Assembly (NCBI GenBank): GCA_965153455.1
Contig: OZ234493.1
Coordinates: forward strand, 36,694,213 to 36,758,212
Length of the DNA: 64,000 bases
DNA from: Sphagnum compactum
Taxonomy: Eukaryota
Reading direction: 5' to 3'
Within the stretch, counting starts at the first letter, position 1. Each line of letters starts with the position of its first letter. Shown here piece by piece: positions 1 to 11,878 of this stretch. Made by a program: the position numbers and the translations under genes. The notes beneath the pieces are model-generated. The model saw nothing but the letters and a program-made list of their open reading frames with translations, was not told the origin of the DNA and did no database searches.

Positions 1-905
1 AAATAGTCCATAGTGCTAAAACCTTTATTGCATAGGCATGTGTACTCCCCTGATATGTCTCCTGGTGTGCGGCCATTGAGGATGAATAGCCCAGCAATTC
101 TGCAGAGATCTAGGAACTCACGATGCCAGCCAGCCGTGACAGTGTCGCGGTTCTGGCGCTCCAGCATATCGTTGGGCAGGGTGTCCTCAATGGCCTGTGG
201 CACCAGTAGCACATCTGTTAGTTGACTGCAATCAATGAAGTCAGTGTTTGTGCCTGTCCTTGCATTGAAATCCCCAGCAAGAAGCACACCGCCTAAGCTC
301 ATGGCTTCTCCAACCTCTTGGCATATGTGTTCAAACAGGCTGCTGTCTGCATATGGCGAGCCTTGTGGAGCAGCATATACTATGCACAGGAACAAAGGCC
401 TTTTGAAAGCATTGCCCAAGCGCAGCCAAATCCTAGTCCCATCCCTTGCAGTCTTCCAAACAGCAGTACTATTTGCCCATGGTTCCCTGACTAGTACTGC
501 AATGCCTCACTGTGCTTTCGAACGACACCCTGTGTAGTCACAGGCCTGGTGACATCAAAACAACAGAACCCCGGTAAGACCGGGAATGTATCGCCCGGAA
601 AGTGATGTGTTTCTATCAAAGCAACAACGTCAACATGTTGAAATAGGTCAAGCAGATGTTCATGTGTTTCTAGCTTTGTGATAGCGGCCCCATGGATGTT
701 CCACAAGCACACGCGCAAGTCTCTCTGGCCCCCGCCCCCCTATACAGTAGGAGAGTTTACGACTTTGTGGTTGATGTAGAGATCGGCCCCACGCCAGTAG
801 ACCCATTCGCCAGCCTCTTTGGCCTCCTTAAAGGTGGCCCAAGCAGCTCGCTTCTGGGCCTGCTAAGCGAGAGTCAGGTCCTCGTCGAGCCCAAGCTGAA
901 TAACA
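1..905 (-). mobile_element. Degenerate LINE (non-LTR retrotransposon): ORF1 C-terminus plus N-terminal AP-endonuclease domain of ORF2, running off the window start
   Basis: Minus strand 905->740 reads IQLGLDEDLTLA*QAQKRAAWATFKEAKEAGEWVYWRGADLYIN (LINE ORF1-like end). 718->1 reads LRVCLWNIHG..VVALIETH..(1-nt frameshift near 505)..GIAVLV..LCIVYAAP..LLAGDFNARTG..ILNGRTPGD..YT..STMDYF, which are the APE motifs. Confidence 0.85.
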
Positions 906-1828
906 CCTTAACCTAACTCACCCCTTCAAATGTAAATAAGTCAAAGATCTGGTACTGGTTAATTCGGAAGTTGACAAAAAAAAAAACAAAAGACTCCACC
1001 CCAAAGGGTCTTTCAATCCATTAAAATTTACTAACCACACCCACTACGTATTTGAAGAATCAAATACTTGCACAACACTAGTCTTTAGGGTTTAAATCAT
1101 TAAATAGGTCTTGATTTAAATTAAACCCATGTATGGGGACCAATTCTAAAAATTGAGAAAAAAAAGATTTGAAGCGTTGCATTGGAATTATACTACATTG
1201 CACGTTGTAACCCTATTTTACCCCAAATAAAATTCATGTGTGGGGTTGAACTAAGGCTTGCTTTAGATTGGGAGTCGCTAAAAAAACTTGGGGCCAACTT
1301 TTAACATTTTTGGCTTGTTGTTTGGCCCCAAGTTACTAATAAATGCTAGAACATTGACGTCAAGATATTAATAAATGCACGAACATTGGCCCCAAGGGTT
1401 GCAAATTCTAAACCCTACACCCAAATTCAATGGTATCCTTTTTTCAGCCTTGGGCCCAATACAATTCCATAAAGTTCAGAATTTATTAGTAACTTGGGGC
1501 AGATTGAAAAGATTTCTTCTCTTTCCGTCTTGGCTCCTAGTCTAAAGCCCTTGTGGCTCATTTCAACTTTTGCACCAATAGGAATGGTTGATTTGAGTTG
1601 AACCTTGGCCCTAAACCCTAAACCCTTCACTCCTCATGTGGTGGGCCTAAGGTTGAACATTTCCAAATATGTGCCATGGGATGAGGGCATAGGTAGGGTT
1701 TAGGGTTTATGCGGATCATTTCAATGATAATGAAATGCCTTCGAGTCTAGTTCATCAATAGCCTCTTTCTTTCACTCCTTGAGTTGTTTTTGTTGGCTTC
1801 AAAAGCACAACAAAAAAGAGGTGCAAAC

Positions 1829-2573
1829 CAGTGTTGGGTGGTTACCCAGTTTGATGAGTTAGAACCACCAGTTCTAGTTAGGGAAAAACCAAATCCTAAT
1901 GGGGTCTGATTTTGGATCCAGTTTCAGACTGGAAATTGGGTTTAGAACTGGACCCAGTTGTGCAATCCGAACTGGAACTGGAACTGGAATTTTTGAAAAG
2001 AAAATTGGGAAATAAATAAGAATAGAACCAGGGTCTAACTGGAAGTTAATGGTTGGTTTTGGACTGGGTTACCCAGAACTAGACCAGAACCAGGTCTGAT
2101 TTCCAGAAATGGAACCGGAACCTGAATTAATTGTTTTCGAGAATTGATCGCAGGAACCTGAATTAATTGTTTCCAAGAATGGAACCCAGAGTTCCATTTT
2201 TCTGTGGAACTGGAACCAACACAGTTGCATTCTTTTTAAAGAACTAGAACCAGACGTCCTTCATAAAGGTCAGCCCAACAATATTTTTTTTACTGGTGAA
2301 ATTTCATTGAAAAACGATATTAAAAATTAAAAGCTCAGAAAAGAAGCAATTTTGGAGGTTTTTAGTCACTTGAAGTGAGAAAAAAAGGGTAAAAATTGCT
2401 AGATTTATATCACTTGGTTTTCATTGTGTAATAAAAAATATAGGAGGAGGATGATTAAATATTTGTACTTTTATTTCTGGTTTATAGCCATGTTTGGCTA
2501 AATCTTCTTAGAGATGATCACCACTTTGGCTACAAACAAAAGTTCCTGAAAAAATCACTGCCACCCAACACTG
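1829..2573. mobile_element. Non-autonomous hAT-type element (MITE)
   Basis: Perfect 13-bp TIR CAGTGTTGGGTGG (1829-1841) / CCACCCAACACTG (2561-2573). Perfect 8-bp TSD GTGCAAAC (1821-1828, 2574-2581). Internal GGAACT/GGAACC subterminal repeats. Confidence 0.9.
2279..2560 (+). mobile_element. Short dispersed repeat, probably a nested hAT-type MITE; related copies at ~36015-36290 and ~57380-57619 (reverse)
   Basis: Shared blocks (ttttggaggttttt, aagtgagaaaaaa, ggtttatagcca..tttggctaaatct) seen in all copies. Ends are caatattttt / aaaaaatcactg. Flanks cagcccaa / ccacccaa match 6/8. Confidence 0.55.
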
Positions 2574-4282
2574 GTGCAAACATGAATGAATGAAGTGAAT
2601 TGAACTCACAAATGACCACAAAATAGTGGTGGGGATTAGCACTTTAAAGAGATGTAACCCTGGAAAAAATGAAAGATTATGGTACATAATGGCCAATTAC
2701 CAAAATACCCCATAGTGCACCACAAGTCAATGCTCCACTAAACATGACTAAGATACGTGTTTGAAATTTGAACCCTCCACAAAAAAACTGGTTACCATTG
2801 TGAAACAGGCCTTGGTGTAGAACCCATTACTGCCTAACGGAATAACGGTTCACGTAACCAGGCTTGCTCCATTTTTGGGTGGAATGGGCATTACCATAGT
2901 ACATTTTGTAGGCGGAAATTCTACTTGCCTTGATTGTGGCTTCCTTCTTAGTGTCTTCCTAAGAGCATCTCCACCAATGTTCAGTATGTGGCTCTGCACT
3001 GGAAATCTTGGATGAGGTTCATGAGTAAATCCAGTGGAAGACTGCTGGGACCCTGGAAAAGACCAGTGTTGGCCGGTTATCAACCCAGATCCAGTTGTGG
3101 GTAAGAAATAACCTACCTGCCGGATCTGGATATTTTTAATATCCAGATTAAAACCTACCCGGTTGGTATTACTTTCACAAAAAGTAATACCCTAGCTATA
3201 TGTTGGCCGGGACATGTAAGAAGTACCTAGGTCGGTTATTTGTTTGACATTCAACCATTTAGGGCACCAAAAAGTAAAAAGAAAGAACCTTAAAAACTTT
3301 GTGCACCCTAAAATCTTTGCACGGCACCTATCTCTTTCATTGCTTTTGACAATGGCTTTCTTTCAGTCGAGACAACAGATTGATCCCTTCAAGGCTTTCT
3401 CTCATCAATCTGCTGTTAACTTCATTTTCTTATGAATATCTCCCATTCAATCTGTCACCATCTTCATTGTGAGTGTTGATTGCAAAAGGACAAAGTTGGA
3501 GCTTGGAGCGTTGGAGGGTAGGAGCTACATGGGGTTTTGCTCGCCTTCAATGCATTCTCAAGTTCTCAACAATTCAATTGAATTTTGGTGTGTGTTGTGT
3601 GTTTGAACCTATTTTTTCTCAATCTGCATTTAGATTTGATCGCCTTGAATGCATTCTCAAAAATCGATTCAACTTCTAGTGCATGTACATATATTTCTTG
3701 ATCAACTTTTGGTTCATGTTCATATACTATTTGTAGTTTGATTATCCAGTTTTCCAACAGTGAGTTCAATTCCTTTGTTTAATTATGCTCTGAAGTGGTT
3801 TGCAAGTTGCTTGATTATCTCTAGTGAAGCTCCAATCCTCTTGTCTAGGGTTTAGGCCTTTAGTGGGTTGAATTTATAATAGATTCAGTGAAGCTCTCTT
3901 AATCCCTTGTCTTTAGACTTTAGGTTTTAAAGGTAATGTTAGTTCAAGGTAGAGACTAGAGCTGTTGAAGCTCCATTCTCCATTCCTTCTATTTAGGGTT
4001 TAGTTTTTGAAGTGGGTTGAATTCAAGGCCAAACATTGAAGTTCCATTATGCATTCCTTGTTTGATTATCCTTTTTGTGGACTGTAACCTGTTGACAATT
4101 TTCAGTGAAGTTTTGGATAATTCATCTATTTAAATATGTTTTTTTGCTGGGTTGAGTGAGGAGTAGAAATAATGAAATTGATCCTCTCCTTCTTTTCAAT
4201 TTTGTTTTGTAGTGACTTGAGTTTGAAGCCCAAACAATGGTGGTCTAATCCATCTTTCTAATTCTGCTCCCAAGTGAATTAA

Positions 4283-5316
4283 TGTCGCAACCCTAGCTTT
4301 GGGCTCGCGACCAAGGCAAAGGGAATTGCAAGGGTGCGGGTCAAGAGGAAGCCCGGGAGTTAAGCCAAGAGAAAGCCCGGGAGTTGAGCTAAGAGGATGC
4401 CCGAGAGTTAAGGCAAGAGGAAGCCCGAGAGTCGCGTCACATACTCCCGGGAGTGTTAGAAAGTGTGAGGGAGTATGAGGGAGTGAACCCTCACACTCCC
4501 AAGGCAACTCCCACTTGGGGAGATGGAGTCCCTGTGGACTCCCGAAACTTCAGAGAGCGATTGCAGGGGTCAAACCTCAATGTCTTGTGACGTTCTTTAT
4601 ATCATTGGAAAGCTCTTGGAGCGTAGATGTCTAAAATGGGCTCGCATGGCTCATTTGAATCTCTGAAACACAAGTTATGACCAAAAGAAGGGTCGGGAGT
4701 CGAACTGCCAGTTTGACTCCCGACCACTAAAAGTCGGGAATCGACCCGATTTACTTAGCTGCAGGGGGCGTGCCACATATCGTTGAAAAGCTCTTGACAA
4801 GAGCTACAACTTTGCTTCAGACCGCATTGCGATCCAAGGTCTGCTCGCAAAGTTATGGGGCTTCAAAGTCGCGGGAGTCCCATTTGGCGCAATTTCGGGA
4901 CTCCCACACGGGAGTCCCATTTGGCGCGATTTCGGGACTCCCACGCGGGAGTCCCGGGAAAAATAGCCATTTGGATGTAGCCTCCGTGGAGAGCTGCAGA
5001 GTATACTATAAGGGGGAAGGTGGTGGCTTCCCCCAAGTCCGGGCCGTGGTGAGTCTTGTGTGTCCGTGTTGCCCGTGGCTCGTCCTAGCACCAAAGGTGC
5101 TCCAATTATGCACTAACCACTTTGTGTGGGTTGTGTGCAGGCTCGTGTGAGTGAATAAGCTTGTCAATTCTTCCTAGTCCCATCCCGGAGCTCCAACACG
5201 CCCCTCTACCCCTCCAAGTGTTGTGAGCTAGGGAGCGGCTCCAAGTTCTAACTCCTTCCGCATTGCCGCATACTTGGACCCTCAAGTGGGTCTACAAGGA
5301 ACTTGGGAGCGCGTCA
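4283..5316. mobile_element. Solo LTR (1034 bp)
   Basis: Begins TGT at 4283 and ends CA at 5316. Perfect 5-bp TSD ATTAA (4278-4282, 5317-5321). Sharp GC/CpG-rich block in AT-rich DNA with internal short tandem duplications. Confidence 0.85.
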
Positions 5317-7303
5317 ATTAAGGTCAGAAGTTAGAACATTCCTTGTTTAGAAGTTAATTTAGACCTTTCCTTTAACCTTTATTCTTGTGGTTCTTTGTGT
5401 CCTTAACATGCCAAGTTCTCATTTAAATTAAAAGTTTCAATTTGAACAATTTTTGCTCTAAATTCAACCCACTTAAGAACAAAATCAAATAGAACATAAT
5501 TAAACAAAAGGATTGGGGCAAAAGACAAGATTATGTGATTCCAAAACAAGAACACAAGAATTAAGAACAAGAACGCAAGATGTGCAAGACAAACATGAAA
5601 ACGAATCTTTATTATGGTAACATATACAAACATGAACATGAAAAGAACATGATAAGGCAATGGTGCAAGATTATGCTTAAGACTTGTATTGAACAAACTA
5701 AAGGAAATGAAGGGTCATCCTCCTATTCATACCCCTTTGGGGACCTAGCTCAAGGAAACTTCCAAGGAAGCTTCTATGTGCGCATCAAGTAAGGAAGCTT
5801 CTTAAAAAAACTTCGTAATTGAGAGTTGACTATGAATTAAGTGAAATTGAATTGGGAATTAATTAGGAGTTAACTCGGAGTTAATTAAGAGTTAATTGGG
5901 AGTTAACTTGGACTTAACTAGGAATTAATTAAGACTTAACTAGAAGTTAATTATGACTTAATTGGGTCTTATCTATGATTTAATTAAAAATTAACTAGGA
6001 CTTAACTTAAAATTAATTAAAAAATAACTAAAATTTAACAAGGAGTTATGGATGAACATTATGGATGAATTCCATCCATTGGAAGATTATGTCTAATGTT
6101 CACATTTTTTACATGTTGTTAAATTATGATGATAATGTTTTTGGTCTTGATGATTTGGAATTAGGTTCATTTGAGGATGCAGGCCCGTTAGTAGTTGTTT
6201 AAGTTTCAACATTTAATGCGCCATCTAGTTTTGGTTTTGAAAGCATTGTAACCCCGAACATTTTGGATCTAGAAGTGGAGGCTAATGGGAGTTGCTGAAG
6301 ATTCAATTAACTTTCCAACAAAAGGCATGGGTTCCTCATAGTAGGTTTCTTTTCCCTTGGCATTTTTTCATAGTCAATGATTGTAGTAAGTTGGATCCTA
6401 AATGACTTTAAACCATGCGATGTGTCATTTGTCATTTTGTTTCACAAACCTATAACTCTAGTAGTACCACTAAAAAGAGGAAAGGTTTCATTACCTATAA
6501 CCAATAACATGGCACAACATCTATGAAAAAACATATTTTGTCTAAACATCTAGTTGTTTGGTGACGTTGGAAAACTGTTAATTTTAACACTTGTTGCACA
6601 AGAAAACTATCAAGAAAAGGGCAAGCAAAAATCTATTGTTGGCTATGGGGTCATCATAGAACATTTTGGCAGTGTTAGTTCTTACAAGAAGGATGATTTA
6701 CAACAAAAAAATTTCATGGAAGATTTGTTGTTTTTTGTTGCCAAAGGCTATATGTTTATTTCTATTGTGGAAAGTTAGTGGTTGAGGCATCTAGTCTTGC
6801 ACTAAAATTTCCAAAATTGTGTTTCTTAATTGGAAACAAATGGTGCAACACACCATCCCTTCCTTGGTGGCCAAAACCATGGACCATTATGTCATGCTAA
6901 CTTTGGATTCTTGTGTGACAACAATTGTTTTCTAATTTGTGGATGTCCAAATCTAGACATGATACCTTTGTGCTTGTGATTAATTTCATTAATCCACAGT
7001 GGGTACCTTGCCATGTAACAATGGGATTGTTTGAAGCCACTAATACAACTGGAATTGCCACGGTAGCACAAGTGAAGGACCCATTTTCTCCTTATTCCTT
7101 TTTTGATAAGTTGATTGCATATGTGAAGGACAAAAGTGGCAATCTATCCACCCTCACATGAGCTCTCAGTTTTGTGGTCACATGTGTCCCTTTGGGATTT
7201 GCAACTCCTTAGCAAGGGAGTTGTTTTGGCTAGGCTTTTAGCAAAGCATGCCAATATGTTTATAATGATGCAAATGTTTGCCTAGGCTTTTGGGAGGTCA
7301 GTT

Positions 7304-10021
7304 CACTACTACCAAAGTGGGGTGTAATTTACTAGCTTAAATCACTATGGGACCTTAAAAGTGAAATAACTTTATTGCATTTTACTGATTTCACCTAGTG
7401 AAAGTTATTTCATTATAATATCACTATGTAGACATTATGTTTCATTTCTAGTTAACATAATTCACTATTACAATTTACTATAGCAAATAGGTTTAAATAT
7501 GTTTCTATGTTTTTTTAAATATTCTATCTATGTTACTTTATGATATACCCTATATTATTTTAAGCTAGTTTAGTTATTATAACTTATATTTTATGTTATT
7601 ATAGGCTATTATAAATTATTTTATCCTAAGCGTAATAATTTTAAAATAATCTAAAACAAAATATAATGACCTAAGGTAAAAATTACTTAGAATAGAAAAT
7701 AATAACCTATGAAAAATAATTTTAAATACCCTACAATATAATAACTACTAATAGCCTATGATATTATAACATAGAATATCAAACAATAATTTATAATATA
7801 ATAATCACCAATAGTTGTAATATAACATATAATAACCAACAATAACTTATAATATAATAACCATTAATAACCATTAATAAAATAACCATCAATAACCACC
7901 AATAAAATAACCACCAATGGCTTACAACGGAATAATCACTAATAGCCATTAATAGAATAACCACCAATAGCCATTAATAGAATAGCCACCAACAGCCATT
8001 AATAACATAACCACCAATAGCCATTAATAAAATAGCCACCAATAGCCATTAATAAATTAATCACGAATAGCCATTAATAGAATAACCACCAATAGTCATT
8101 AATAGATTAATCACGAATAGCCATTAATAGAATAGCCACCAATAGCCATTAATAGATTAATCACGAATAGCCATTAATAGAGTAACCACCAATAGCCATT
8201 AATAGATTAATCACGAATAGCCATTAATAGAGTAACCACCAATAGCCATTAATACATTAATCATGAATAGCCATAAATAAAATAGTCACCAATAGCCATT
8301 AATAGAATAGCCACCAGTAGCCATGAATAGAATAGCAACCAGTAGCCATGAATAGAATAGCCACCAGTAGTCATTAATAAAATAGCCACCAATAGCCATT
8401 AATAGAATAGCCACCAGTAGTCATTAATAAAATAGCCACCAGTAGCCATTAATAGAATAACCACCAGTAGCCATTAATAAAATAGCCACCAGTAACCATT
8501 CATATAATAGCCACCAATAACCACTAATAGCCACCAATAGAATAAATACTAATGGCCATTAATAAAATAACCACCAATAAGTCTTAATAGAATAACCACT
8601 AAAAAACATTAATAGCCACAAATAAAATAGGTACCAATAGCCATTAATAACCACCAATAGCACTAATAAAATAACAACCAATAACCATATATTATAATTG
8701 CTTAGGATTGCCAAAAATAATCTAAGGTGAAATAATTTATAATAAACAAAAATAACTTAAGGTGAAATAATTTTCAATAACCAAAAGTAACTTATAATAG
8801 CTACAAGTAGACTAAATTGAAATAATTTATAATAGCCAAAAATAACATAGAATAGATAAAAGAACTTACAATAGCTAAAAATAGCCTAAGATGAAATAAG
8901 TTAAAATAGCCAAAAGTAATTTATAATAACTGCAAGTAGTCTAAATTGAAATAATCTACAATAGCCAAAAAAACATAGAATAGCCAAAAAAATTTATAAT
9001 AGCTAAAAATAACCTAAGGTGAAATAAGTTAAAATAGCCAAAAATAACTTAAAATAACCAAAAGTAGCCTAGGGTGAAATAGCCAAAAATAACCAAAAGT
9101 AATTGAGAATAGCCATAAATAGTCGTAAATAATGTAGGGTGAAATAATTTAAATTAATGAAAAATAGTCATATAATAATTGAAAGTAGTTTAACATAGGT
9201 AGTATTATTATATTAACAAAAAAAAAATCCATTTACTAAATTTTTTTTTTCAAAGGAATGGTCATTGAAATGTTATTGAATAATGATATTCAACTTTTTT
9301 TTTTGTTCAAATGATAAAACTTTCAAAAGGAAATAAATGTAATTATGTACATTATTGATTTAAAAAAAAAAGTAAACTCGAATCATTTCATTTGAACAAA
9401 ATCTTAATAAAATATGAATTTTCAAAGTTTATGTTTTTGTAATGTTTAAAATGAAGTATTTGATAAATAGAATGTAATGAAATAAATTATCACAACAAGT
9501 GGGGTGGTTTGATGGTAAAAATGTTTGCCCTCATTCCAAAGGTCAAGGGATCAAACCTCATGGGTGGTGTTGTGTGTGGTCAACAATGGTATGTTGACCA
9601 AATATTCTCTTATCAAAATTTTAGATTAGGTGCCTAGGTTGATTACGTGGCCTACCTACCTACCTAGGTTAGGTTTTTAACCTAGGTTAGGTTTTTAACC
9701 TAGCGTAGGTAGTGACACGTGTCAATAAATAATAGGCTTTAAAAATCATGAAATTATCAATAATATTACATATTAAATAATTAAAATTTAATTAATTTCC
9801 ATACTGGTTAGTTAATTAACTAGCAAGTGAATGGTTTGATAAATTTGTATTTCACTTGAGAGTAAGCTTGTTTCACTAGGTACTAGTGAAACAAGTCATT
9901 GTCCGTAGCAACTGGTCCCCGTTCACTATGGGGTTGAACAATTTCACTAGGTAAAAATGTCCAAATTCACTCAAAAATCTAGTGAAATCCATAGTGAACT
10001 AGGACGCATTTCCTAGTAGTG
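7304..10021. mobile_element. Non-autonomous CACTA (En/Spm) element, 2718 bp
   Basis: Starts CACTACTA (7304) and ends TAGTAGTG (10021). 3-bp TSD GTT (7301-7303, 10022-10024). Subterminal CACTA/TAGTG repeats; no ORF. Confidence 0.92.
7850..8690 (+). repeat. Tandem array of ~25-bp units inside the CACTA element
   Basis: Units AATAGCCATTAATAGAATAGCCACC and variant AATAGCCATTAATAGATTAATCACG repeated head to tail. Confidence 0.9.
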
Positions 10022-11029
10022 GTTTGAAGGCCACACAATTTGCCTTGCAAAAAACAATTATGTGGACTAAGAAATCTGGCAAGGATGCAATGAATGGAAG
10101 TGGGCTTGCATTGATGCAAGGTTTAGCCATCGGAAACAAAAAACTCCAATGAAGACCAAGTTTGCTAGTAAGGTTATTCTCTTCCAAGAAACCTTAGAAT
10201 ATTGAGATGCCATTAATTTGTGCTATGGCAGGTAGGAGATTCTAGAGTTTCAGGGTTGTGTGCTGGTGCACAAACATGGGTAGTTAACAAAGCAGTATGT
10301 GAAACTATGTTTCCTGTTGTGAAATAATGTATCTTCAATCAAACTCGAGGTTACTAATTTATCTCTGACGCCCTAAATGTTTGCATGTAAAATGAGATTC
10401 AACAATTTGAAACCACCTATTCAAATTTTGTGAAGGGGGATTTTGAGTTTGAATTGAAAGCATTTCACATGCGTATAATGGGAGAAGTTTTACTTGTCTT
10501 GGCTTCACTTTTAGCCTCTTCATCTACTTATAGTTTGAGCAAGGCTCACAACATGTTGGCATTAATGTTGGACCCGCGATTTAAGTTTTTGGACATGGTG
10601 AAAACATTTGTAAAATGAGCCAAAATAATTCAAATGGTGGTAGAATACAATACCAAGGTTTTGATTCCACTATTGCTAGTTGTTTTTCGATTCCAGAATC
10701 TTAGAATTGAGACCTTTTTTGAATTAGCCACAATTAATGATGATGACTCAATTGTGGGTAATGACCTCTAACGAATACACCATACATGGGTTGTTGAAGA
10801 ATGAACTGACTTTATTCTATCACTTGCATGTGAAGCCTAAGGATTGTGCATTGTCCCTCATTTGGTGGCAATTGCATGAAACACGGGTTTCCAAATGTTT
10901 CATTTGTGGCATGGCAAATCCTTGGGATTCCTAGGTCCTAGATTGAGATCAAGCAAATTTTCAACATAGTTGGAGTTTTGACAAGACATATATTGTTGGA
11001 AATAATTTTTTGAAAATTATAAGATATTG

Positions 11030-11350
11030 CCCTTGCATGCTCCAAATAGGCTTGCTTCAATTGGAACTCATTTGATGCCTACTCTAAAGGGATTTGTGGT
11101 CGGGAGTCAAATTTCCAGTTTGACTCCCAGCCTTTCTTTTGATCATAACTTATTCATTTCAACTATAAATAAACAATCAAAAGGCACTTTAGTTAACTAC
11201 ATTTTAAGACATTTCTAATGGTATTTTGGGGGCCCAAATTGATGTTCGTTTGCCTTTTCAAATAAAGTTATGAATATTCAAGATTCCCACACGAATGCAA
11301 CTCCTAAAATGGGTGATGCACCCCCACTTGTGTGAGCATGTTTCATTTCC
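11030..11350 (-). mobile_element. Degenerate fragment of the same LTR family as 4283-5316, reverse orientation
   Basis: gtggtcgggagtcaaatttccagtttgactcccagcctttcttttgatcataact is the reverse complement of ~4672-4727. Confidence 0.65.
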
Positions 11351-11493
11351 AAACATGGATAAGAAGAATTAGAGGATCTCTCTCCATAGAGATGGGAATA
11401 AGGGGGTGAAGCTTCCATATATACATGTTTAAGGTTGTGGGAGGATTTTAAATACAAAATCCATATGTGGACCCAACGTAAAGAGTTTCATTT

Positions 11494-11878
11494 TTATGCA
11501 CATGTTGATTGTCAATCTTGTATCATCTCAATTCCACTTTTGCAAAGTATTATGAATATGAATATGAATCATTTGATGCACATGTTGATTGTTAAGCTTG
11601 TATCATCTCAATTCTACTTTTGCAAGTATTGTGAATATGAATATGAATCATTTGATGCACATGTTGATTGTTAAGCTTGTATCATCTCAATTCTACTTTT
11701 GCAAGTATTGTGAATATGAATATCAATCATTTGATGCACATGTTGATTGTTAAGCTTGTATCATCTCAATTCTACTTTTGCAAGTGTTGTGAATATGAAT
11801 ATGAATCATTTGATGCACATGTTGATTGTTAAGCTTGTATCATCTCAATTCTACTTTTGCAAGTATTGTGAATATGAA
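11494..11878. repeat. 79-bp tandem repeat, ~4.9 copies
   Basis: atttgatgcacatgttgattg recurs at 11571, 11650, 11729 and 11808. Confidence 0.95.

Larger units (their letters stand above)
6415..11000 (+). pseudogene. hAT transposase pseudogene split by a CACTA insertion (segments ~6415-7303 and 10025-~11000)
   Basis: BED-finger-like MRCVICH...SMKKHILSKH, then NLWMSK..DTFVLVINF, ALMLDPRFK, and a C-terminal dimerisation-like LIWW..HE..ILGI.GS*IEI region. Many stops and frameshifts. A CAGTGTTGG terminus at 3064 may be its left end. Confidence 0.85.

Noticed and set aside
4196-5150. ORFs of 96-126 aa within the GC-rich block
   Set aside because: They lie within the solo LTR and arise from GC-rich internal repeats.
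7850-8690. CRISPR-like constant/variable array
   Set aside because: The variable parts are ~11 nt and recur rather than being unique spacers. There are no cas genes, and the array lies inside a plant CACTA element.
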